Assembly: GCA_963514005.1 (NCBI GenBank)
Contig: OY740814.1
Coordinates: forward strand, 11,904,001-11,968,000
DNA: 64,000 bases
Source: Raja brachyura
Lineage: Eukaryota
Direction: 5' to 3'
Shown here: positions 52,075 to 61,727 of the stretch, piece after piece
How the letters are laid out: every line of letters starts with the position of its first letter
Position numbering within the stretch: the first letter of the stretch is position 1
Notes under the pieces: generated by a model
The model's database searches: none
The model's input: only the letters and a program-made list of their open reading frames with translations
What the model was told of the DNA's origin: nothing
Made by a program: the position numbers and the translations under genes

Positions 52075-55000
52075 CTAGATTCAAAAGAACACATAACCAA
52101 TACAGAAAAGTTATTTTAAAAGTTAATATTATAAAAAAATTTGTATCAGTGGCAAAAGCAGAAATTGATTGATCAAACAATCAAGAAAATATTGAGACAA
52201 GCAATTGGCAAAAATGCTGTTAGGTTCAATTTGTTCTGGTCTATTACAACAAACACTTCTCTGGATATATGGAATACCACTCACATCCTAGAGAGTCTTA
52301 GAGAGTCCATGATCATATAGTAAAACTTCATTAAACCGGCAAGCTCACAGCTTTGGCGGTGCTTTATCTGGAAGATTTTCTGGAATACCAGGTGTTATTT
52401 TAATAATACTCCAACACACATTTAATTCAGTTCTTCACAAAAAAAGATGTTACATGGTAACGTATAGTGAACACTGTATGTTTAAAAGGAGTGTGGGAAA
52501 TAGAACTAGGTATGTTTTAATGGAGCAAAGGAACAGGGTCCCCATGAGTGAGCAAAGAAGAAATTAAAGCTTTGGCAAATGAACTGAAAACATAAGAAAC
52601 AGGGTCACAGCAAGCAACGGGGAATGCAGAAACCTGGTCCCAGGCCCCATCAAATGGTCAGGAAGCATAGGAATCAGGACCTCATGGTGAGGACAGGGAT
52701 CACAAGAAACAGGGTTCTGGAAAGTGGACAAGGAGAGCAGCAAACATCACCTGGTGAGTCAGATGCCAAGCCAGTGGAATTTCCGAATAACCAGAGAGCA
52801 TTTGATCAGATTTTTACTGTATCAGTGATACTGTTTTAATATTGCATGTGCATTATTTAGTGTGGTGCACTACTGAAATGCTATTTTTCAAATGAGGTGT
52901 TTTGAAGAAGAGCCTTTTGAGTATCCTTGCCAACATTTGTCTCACAAATGACAAATAAAGCAGATAAATTGATCACTATTTTTGCTACCACTCCTTTTGT
53001 CATTGGCTTTTCCCTGTATAATTGTGACTAACTTCCATTTGTGCAATGTCAAAAAGGTAATAAAGAAACAAAACATTTGCATTATCAAGTGAGAATTTAT
53101 GCTGAACTACATTAGAAGATATTAGGGCAGATAACAATAAAACGTGATCAATGGTGGATTTTAAGGGTGAAGTAAAGCGGAAAGGAGAGGCAAAGAGATT
53201 TAGGGAGAAAGTTCTAGGGTGTGAGGCTTGGTAACTCAAGGCTTGGCTTCCAACAATGGAGTGATCAATTTCAGGGTTGATCAAGAGGAGAGAATTGGAG
53301 AGCTGCATATACCTTAAGGTTAATGACTGGAAAATTAGAGGGAATGTTGAAGCTGAAGATAACAAGATAAGGCTAGCAAGATTAGGATTTTATATCAATT
53401 TGTATAGTTATATATTTTATATGTTTAATTTATGGGGAAATAATGCAGACCTGCAAGTGCAGGGTGATCAAAAGACCTAAAAATTAAGATAACAATGACT
53501 CATTTACCTCAAAATCATTTCCTGCCCAATTCATAAAACCCTCAAATTTATTTATCAGTTTTGCTTGGAATCGTAATGAAGCCTCCACAACAATTCAAGA
53601 TGCAACATTTCAAAGATTCACCATGCGCTGAGTGAAGAAACCTTTCCCCCCTACCAGTGCTAAATGGCCATCATCTTTATTCAGATACTGTGAAGCCTAG
53701 TTTCAGACTCTGCACCCAGGGAAAATATTCTCACCACAGCTATCCTGTCCAGCCCTCTTAGAATTGATATGTTTCAATTATGCAACTCCCTCATTCCTCT
53801 AAACTCTATAGAGGCCTAACCTGCTCACTTTTCCTTTGCATGATAGACCTGTCACCCCAGGAGCTAGTCCAGTGAATTTTCACTGAACTCCCTCCAAAAC
53901 AAACTTTGTTTTAGGCAAAGAAACCAACATTGTACAGATTACTCCAAATGTAATCTCACCAAGGCCCTATATAATTGTAAGAAAACATATTTAATCTTTG
54001 AGTCATATCCTTTTCAATTGATAGCCGGCATATTACTTGCCTTCCTAATTGCCTGCTGCATCTATAATTCAGAGAGAATTTAGATGTAGGTAGAAGAGTT
54101 TTGTATGACCTTTACTTTTTGTAAAAATAGGACAGCCAAGACTGCAATAATTAGATAAGTCTTGAGGTAACAAAAGCATGATTGAGGGCTTCTGCAATAG
54201 TGCCTAGGTGTGAACAAAACAAAGTATAAATAAACTATCTGTCTTTGTGATGGCATATATATATATAATGAAGTGAAGCTCAAAGGAGGTGAAATATGAT
54301 ACCACAGTTGCAAACAACCTGATTGAAATTTCTTACAATTCCTTACAAGAGGAATGGGGTCAGTGGCTGGAGAGCAATTCTTTGGCCAGGTTTCCGTTTC
54401 AAGAGTACTCAATGACTATAAACCGTTTAGGATACTAAGGGGGGGGGGGGGGGGGTCATGAGATACATTTTATGAAATTCATGTAATTTGCTCAAAGAGT
54501 TCAATAGAAGATGAGTTTTTGATAATGGACTCACTTAACCACTCAAACTTATGAAGCAAATACAAGTATTCACCAGAAAGAAAAAGTATCGTTATTATGG
54601 AAGAAAATAATCTCAAATGTGTTCTGTGCCTATGACCCTGTGCTCGTCATGTTTATTGAATTATTATCTGCTGAAACCTGAGCTGCTGTGACTACAATTA
54701 TTTTTTTAATGATCTGCAGATAACTGGCAATGTAAAAATTCCTAATACTGTACAAAATAACACATAGAGGCCAGCGTCCAGATGCACAACATTAATCCCT
54801 GCAACACCAGTGTAGTTCTCCCCTGACCCACAGAATCAAAGATACTAGAGGTATCTTTGCTCAGAATAAAGAACTATAACTTTTGCCCAGAGATGCTGCC
54901 TGACCCGCTGAGTTACTCCAGTATTTTGTGTCTGTCTTCAGTGTAGTTCACAAGCTGGTCCTTTGGAAGGGAACGGCACCGTCTCAATGGCGATGAAGCC

Positions 55001-55147
55001 CGAGTCCTCCTCCTCCTCCGGTCAGAGTCAGACCCTGTGCTGCAATGCCCGGGTAAACGATCAGAACAAATCAGCCAGTGAAGAATGAATCCGAGCCCCC
55101 TCACTGCCGGTGCAAAGCCTCCCTCCCTCCCCCCGGCCGCCTCTCAC

Positions 55148-55177
55148 CGAGCTCGCCGGCCGTCGCCGACCCTCCAT
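55148..55177 (-). CDS. TEX9: TEX9 coding exon 1
   Basis: Kozak GCC ATG G; MEGRRRPASS|gtgaga in a CpG island; phase 0 fits exon 2. Total CDS 1170 nt = 389 aa plus stop. Confidence 0.85.
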
Positions 55178-55194
55178 GGCGTCGCCGCCGCCCG

Positions 55195-55208
55195 GTTTCC
55201 AGGGTAAC
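55195..55208. promoter_or_regulatory. RFX X-box in the TEX9 proximal promoter/5'UTR
   Basis: GTTTCCAGGGTAAC (rc GTTACCCTGGAAAC) closely fits the X-box consensus GTTNCCATGGNAAC, 17 nt upstream of the ATG, inside a CpG island (~54975-55600). Confidence 0.75.
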
Positions 55209-55269
55209 GAGCGGGGAAACTGCGCGAGGTCTGCGGAGGGCGGGATGGAGACTCGGGGAGGCCGGGCCC

Positions 55270-55590
55270 ACCTGAGGTGACAGACACCGCCTGTAGCCCA
55301 GGCCCTCCCTCCCCGCCGGACCCCCTCCCCGGGCCCTGAGGTGACAAACACCGCCTGTAGCCCAGGCCCTCCCTCCCCGCCGGACCCTGAGGTGACAAAC
55401 ACCGCCTGTAGCCCAGGCCCTCCCCCCCCTCCCCGGGCCCTGAGGTGACAGACACCGCCTGTAGCCCAGGCCCTCCCTCCCCGCCGGACCCCCTCCCCGG
55501 GCCCTGAGGTGACAGACACCACCTGCAGCCCAGGCCCTCCTCCCCCCCGCCGGACTCCCCTTCGCCGGGCCCTGAGGTGACACCGCCTGC
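55270..55590. repeat. GC-rich minisatellite, ~52-68 nt unit, five copies plus a partial
   Basis: Recurring CCTGAGGTGACA(G/A)ACACCGCCTGTAGCCCAGGCCCTCC...CCCCGGG at ~55270, 55334, 55386, 55438, 55502 and 55570. Confidence 0.92.
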
Positions 55591-55609
55591 AGGCCGGGCA
55601 GAGGACACT

Positions 55610-56500
55610 TGTAGATGCTGGTTTACACCGAAGACAAACACAAAATGCTGGAGTAACTCAGCGGGACAGGCAGCATCTCTGGAGAAAAGGAATGGGAGAA
55701 GTTTCAGGTCGAGACCTTTCTTCAGACTAACAGTCAGGGGAGAGGGAGTCACGGATATAAGGAAGGGTAGTAATGCCCCTGTCCCACTTAGGAAACCTGG
55801 ACGGAAACCTCTGGAGACTTTGCGCCCAACCCAAGGTTTCCGTGCGGTTCCCGGAGGTTTTTGTCAGTCTCCCTAATGGTCGAAAGTGGTTTCCATTTTA
55901 AAAATCGGTAATTTTTTAGTCGAAGCCGGTTGCGATGCTAGTTGAAGGTGATTTGCGGAGGACAAAAATCTCCGGGAACCGCACGGAAACCTTGGGTGGG
56001 GCACCAAGTCTCCAGAGGTTTCCGTTCAGGTTTCCTAAGTGGGACAGGGGCATAAGGTGCGAAAACGACAGATCAAAACAAATGATGGTAAGGTTATGTA
56101 TAGGAAGGAATGCAGATGCTAGTTTACACCAAAGATAAACACAAAATCCTATAGTAACTCAGCGGGACAGACAACAACTCTGAAGAAAAGTAATAGATGA
56201 CATTTTAACCCGAAACGTCACCTATTCCTTTTCTCTAGAGACACTGAGTTACTCCTTATTTTTGTTTATGATAAGGAAATGTAGTATAGTTCATATTGTT
56301 GGCCAAAGGGAAGGTGACAAGGAGGCATACAATCAGTAAAATTAATCAGAAGGTCAGTAAAACTAGTCAGAGAACCAGGATGGGGAGGGACGGAGAGAGA
56401 GAAAGCAAGGGTTACTTGAAGTGAGAGAAATCAAATTTATACCGCTGGGTTGTAAGCTGCCCAAGCGAAATTTGAGGTGCTGAGGTGCTGTTCCTCCAAT
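55610..56500 (-). mobile_element. Penelope 3' fragments, interrupted by a MITE
   Basis: pLTR/hammerhead-like pieces at ~55700 and ~56210; GIY-YIG C-terminal remnant at 56412-56500. Confidence 0.7.
55774..56052. mobile_element. PIF/Harbinger-type MITE, ~85-bp TIRs, TAA TSD
   Basis: TGCCCCTGTCCCACTTAGGAAACCTG...CAGGTTTCCTAAGTGGGACAGGGGCA, flanked by TAA at 55771-55773 and 56053-56055. Confidence 0.88.
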
Positions 56501-56964
56501 TTGTTCCGCAAAAGTACCAGACGGCACTCGTTAGCACAGCCGCAAAGATGCATTGATTTTTCCGCAGCCCGTATAGGTTAAAGAGGATGAGAGACGATGA
56601 GTTGGGATAATACTTACATGAATAGTATGTAGGAGGCATGATCAGTAAGTGCACAGATGACAGGAAGATTGGTGTAGTTGTGAATAGTGTGGAGGTTAAT
56701 ATTTAGCTGCAGATTGTTATTGATGTGTTGGTGAAGTGGGCTGATAAATGGCAGATGGAGTTCAATACAGATAAATATGCAGTGATGCATTTTGCGAGTA
56801 CTAATGAAGCTGGGACATACACCTTGAATGGGGACCAATGAAGAACAGAAGGGAGTACAAGTCGAGCAAACTTTGAAAATGGCAACACGAGTAGTTAATG
56901 TGGTTAGGATAGCATACAGTATGGGATACTGTATTGGCCTTCATTAGTCCGATGTTGAATATAA

Positions 56965-57973
56965 TTCCATTGGCTCCATTTGTGTCCTGGATCATCAACG
57001 ACCTAACTTGACGACCGCAATATGTCAGGCTACAGAACTGTGCCTCGGACATGGTAGTGAGCAACACGGGGGCCCCACAGGGGACAATCCTCTTTCCCTT
57101 CCTGTTCACCATCTACACCTGGGACTTCAGATATAACTCCTGCCACCTGCAGACGTTTTTGGATGCTCCTGAAATTTTGGGCTGCATCATTGAGGGGAGG
57201 GAAGCTGAATACAGAGGTGTAGTCAATGACTTTGCTGAGTGGTGTGAGTTGAATCACCTGCAGCTCAACACTGACAAGACTAAAGAGTTAGTGGTCGACT
57301 TTAAGAGGAGGGGAACAACCCTGTCCCCTGTCTCCATTAACGGTGTGGATGTGCAGTTTACCAAGGAGTACAAATACCTTGGAGTGTACCTGAACAGTAA
57401 ACTGGACTGGCCCAGGAATGCTGAGGCCATGTACAAGAAGGGACAGAACCGGCTATACCTTTTGAGAAAGCACGCTCCTTCAACGTCTGCAGCAGGATGC
57501 CATCTTCTTTGCTGTTGTGTGCTGGGACAGCAGGGTGAAAGCCGCGGACGGCAACAGGATTAACAAACTCATCAGGAAGGCTAGCTCTATCCTGGGGGTT
57601 GAGTTGTATTCATGGGAGGTGGTCTTGGAGTGGAGGATGCTCTCAAACTGTGGAGCATCTTGGACAATACAGCTCACCCCCTCCATGACACACTAGTCAA
57701 CCTGAGCAGTGCCTTCAGCAACAGACTGGTTCCACCAAGATGCAGCACAGAATGCCACAGGAGATCTTTTTCCCTTTGGCTATCAAACTTTACAACACCT
57801 CCCTCTTATGTTGTGGGGTAGATTGACTCCCATGCCCCCCCCCCACCTCTCTCCCCAAATCTTTACACACCCCCAACCCTTTTCACTCATAACTTTAATT
57901 TCATGTATCTTGTGTTTTATGACTGTTGGCAGGTCAATTTCCCTCCTAGGATAAATAAAGTTATATTGTGTTG
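56965..57973 (+). mobile_element. Rex1/Babar LINE, 5'-truncated, inserted in a CR1 fragment (56590-58050)
   Basis: RT VSNTGAPQGTILFPFLFTIYT..WCELNHLQLNTDKTKELVVDF..YKYLGV; tail GGATAAATAAAGTT; candidate TSD TATAA. Confidence 0.85.
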
Positions 57974-58859
57974 TATAAGTACAGGGAGGTTATGCTCCAA
58001 CTTTATAACACTTTGTTCAAGTCTTACGTGGAGTACTGTTTGCAGTTTGGGAGACATGCTCCAGGTCCTTCCAAGCATCCTAAACTGAACAGTTTGCAAG
58101 TTCAAAATGCAACAGCCTCGTAATGTATCAAATTAAATCATAGGCCAACCATGGACAATGTGTAGTTAAACCAGGGAACCATTCTGATATTGCTGCATAT
58201 CAAGTTCCCACAGCCCAATTGTATGCAGCATTCAGTAATTTTCTACAATCTGAGAGGGACATCAAGCATTCATATCTTCTTCATTTTTCACGGCAGCAGA
58301 CAAGCTGGCTGCTTTCCACAACCATTCCTCAACCACATACAGTACAGCTGTTTCGAAGAGAGAGAGGCTGTAGGGGAGAGGAAAGGTGCCCCAGAATCTC
58401 GTGAAAGATACCCAAATTTTCATCAGTGAAATGAAAAGCAAGGGGGTGGGCATCTGGAGACCCGCTCGGACCTTCATTGGAAGGAGTCAGGAAGTGACTC
58501 CAGTTATCTTCTTCATATCCAGATATAAACCATATCTTCACAAAATATATCAGAACATACTACCTATCACAAAGAACAGTCCAGGCAAGCCATTTTTCTG
58601 TGGATCGTGGATTTATTCTTTGATATATTGTGCAGATGCAGTGCAGTGGGATATGGATCACATGCCGGCAGATAAGACGCATTTAGCTTGGCATATTCGG
58701 CAGGTACATGGTGGGTCAAAAGGCCTGTTTCTGTGCTGTGCTGTTCTATGTTTTGAAAACTGCTATCTCTCCTCTCTTTCCCCAGTTCCGAACAAGTTGA
58801 AACAAACACAGAACTGATGGACGAACAGCCAGTCAAACAGGGTTGGTGGAAAGAGAAAT

Positions 58860-58983
58860 GTCTGAAGAAGGGTCTCGACCCGAAACGTCGCCCGTTCCTT
58901 CTCTCCAGAAATGATGCCTGTCCCGCTGAGCTTTTTGTGTCAATCTTCAGTTTAAACCAGCTTCTGCAGTTCCTTCTTACACA
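58860..58983 (+). mobile_element. ~124-nt Penelope-derived element with intact hammerhead core
   Basis: Begins GTCTGAAGAAGGGTCTCGACCCGAAACGTC and ends CAGTTCCTTCTTACACA, like the copies at 26423 and 32565. No clear TSD. Confidence 0.8.
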
Positions 58984-60262
58984 ACTAGTTAATATTTCAG
59001 GCTGAAGACCCGCCATCGGAACTAAGAGAGAAAGCAAGTTCAAGGCACAGAGAAGGTGGGGGTGGCAATGAGTGGAACAAAGGTAATAGAGTGAAATCAT
59101 AGACAAATTTGAATGGATGGCTAAGTTCCTTTGTGTGTGTGATATGATGCTAATGTGAAATCTGTGTGATGTTGTGATATAGTCTGGCCTACTGAAATGT
59201 GATGAGCAGGCCAAAATATACAAATGACAGAATAAGGGTGGGTGGGGGGGGGGGGTGGGGGGGGGGTAGGGTAGAGGAATATCAAACATAAATTGTCAGT
59301 CTCGATATCTGAAGTTGGGAAATTCATTATTAGGTCCTGCAGGCTGCGACATGCTCAGGCAAGAAATTAGGTGTTGTTCCTCAAGTTTACGTTGGGTCTC
59401 AATGAAGCACTGCAGGAGGATCAGACAAAAGAGTCTGAGTGGGAGTGGGATGGTGAATCTAAATGGCAGGCGGACCAGAAACTCAGGCCACTCCTGCAGA
59501 CAGAGTGCAGGCGCTCCGTAAAGCTTTTACACAATCCCCCAATGAGGAAGGGTCCCTGACCTGAAACATTATTTGGCCTCTCCTTCCACAGATGCTGCTT
59601 GACAGACTAAGTATTTCCATCATTTTTTCTGTTTTTTACAAGGTTGATTTCATTAAGGTCTGATCACTTGTGTGATGTAACCCGGATTAAATAATTTACT
59701 GCACAACTTGCATGTAAAGTGTCGGTACTATTGGATCCAGTTTCTAGGCTTACATCTTGTGGGAGGGGACCAAAAGCTTGGCAACAACATACGTCCCAAA
59801 TGGATAAAATGTTTTAGAATCTAATTGAATTAAAATATATTTCCTTTTTTTTCAAGTTAGAAATGCAGTTTAATAAAGAGTTTTTGATTTTTGATCATAC
59901 GTGATATCAATTATTGCACACTACTTCAATTTCTGTAATTCTATCAATCCCTCTAGAGCTCAGACAATGCGTCATTACAATGAATGAAAAGGCAACCAGT
60001 GTCTTATTTAAGGCCAAAAGCTAGTGTGCCTAGTGGCAAGGACTGATGCGGAGGTTGGGCAAGCTGACATTTGTGAAGAAACATTATGCAGCAATAGGTC
60101 ACAGACTTTTATTTCCTCAGATCACTGAAACAATTCAACTCTATGTTTTGCCTTTTCTTCAACTCCCTGGTTGAAGTTTCTCTGTTTTCTGGAAGGGTGT
60201 GGGAGTTTTCTGAATGCCAGTAAACCATGAACTGAATTGAGGATGGAACATTTTTGAAAATA

Positions 60263-60990
60263 GATAATAGACAATAGACAATGGGTGCAGGAGTAGGCCA
60301 TTCAGCCCTTTGAGCCAGCACCACCATTCAATATGATCATGGCTGATCATCCACAATCCGTGCCGCGTTCCTGCCTTCTTGCCATATCCCCCGACTCTGC
60401 TATCTTTAAGAGCTCTATCTAACTCTTTCTTGAAAGCATCCAGAGAACTGGCCTCCACTGCCTTCTAAGGCGGAGAATTCCACAGATACACAACTTTCTG
60501 GGTGAAAAAGTTTTTGCTCATCCCCGTTCTAAATGGCCTACCCCTTATTCTTAAACTGTGGCCCCTGGTTCTGGATTCCCCTAACATCGGAAACATGTTT
60601 CCTGCCTCTAGCATGTCCAATCCCTTCATAATTTTATATGTTTCAATAAGATCCTCTCTCATCCTTCTAAATTCCAGTGTATGCAAGCCTAGCCGCTCCA
60701 TTCTATCAACATATGACAGTCCTGCCATCCCAGGAATTAACCTTGTGAACCTACACTGCACTCCCTCAATAGCAAGAATGTCCTTTCTCAAATGTGGAGA
60801 CCAAAACTGTACACATTACTCCAGGTGTGGTCTCACTAGGGCCCTGTACAACTGCAGAAGGACCTCTTTGCTCCTATACTCAACTCCCCTTGTTATGACG
60901 GCCAACGTGCCATTAACTTTCTTCACTGCCTGCTGTACCTGCATGCTTACTTTCAGTGACTGATGAATAAGGGAAATAAGGACCCCCAGA
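60263..60990 (-). mobile_element. CR1/HER1 LINE 3' fragment, fairly young
   Basis: SKEVLLQLYRALVRPHLE..EGVQCRFTRLIPGMAGLSY; (TCTATTG)n tail. Confidence 0.9.
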
Positions 60991-61522
60991 TGTGAAAATC
61001 TGAGAAAATTACTCTGATTTTTTTCAAAGTTGTCTTTTAAAAACAATTTTTGCTTTGTGGCGACTTGAAAGTGAAAGCTAAGGTAAAACAAGCCAACATT
61101 AGGTTGGATAAATAACTTCCTGAGAACTAAGACATGAAAGCAGGAATCAACAGTATTCAATGAAATTTTGGTTGATCTTCCAGTTTCCGTGAGGATTTTC
61201 TTGGGATTTGTTATTGTAATTTGATGCCAGATTACCTTGGTACATTATGGTCTACTCCTTAGTTTTAGTAAACATCCACTGGAAGAACATCATATTCCCT
61301 TGGGATTGCTATATTGCAGGTCCTGTCATTGTGGAAATGTTCTCAGCAATGTCACGAGGGAATAGAACTTCCGCCAGCCTTCAAAACTGTTGATTTAAAG
61401 GAATCAGGCAGAGGGCAAGAATTGCTCAGGTGAGGAAATTCGGAACTGTCCCAGGATCAGGACATAGTGCTGTGTTTTTGGAGGTGTATTATGTTCTCAT
61501 GTGCCCCCCTCCTGACACCTGA

Positions 61523-61727
61523 GGTTTACACATAATGCTTGAGAAACTCAGCGGGTGCAGCAGCATCTATGGAGCGAAGGAGATAGTCAACGTTTCGGGC
61601 CAAAACCGTTCTTCAGACCCGAAAAGTTGCCTATCTCCTTTGCTCCATAGATGCTGCTGCACCCGCTGAGTTTCTCCAGCATTTTGTGTAAACCCTCGAT
61701 TTTCCAGCATCTGCAGTTCCTTCTTTA
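61523..61727. mobile_element. Palindromic Penelope-derived insertion (same subfamily as 1153-2254), 8-bp TSD
   Basis: ~75-bp inverted arms; ACACCTGA at 61515-61522 and 61728-61735. Confidence 0.82.

Noticed and set aside
55061-55752. Repetitive 150-200 aa ORFs, and a possible CRISPR-like repeat-spacer array
   Set aside because: These are translations of the minisatellite. The 'spacers' are near-identical C-rich variants, no cas genes are present, and the DNA is vertebrate.
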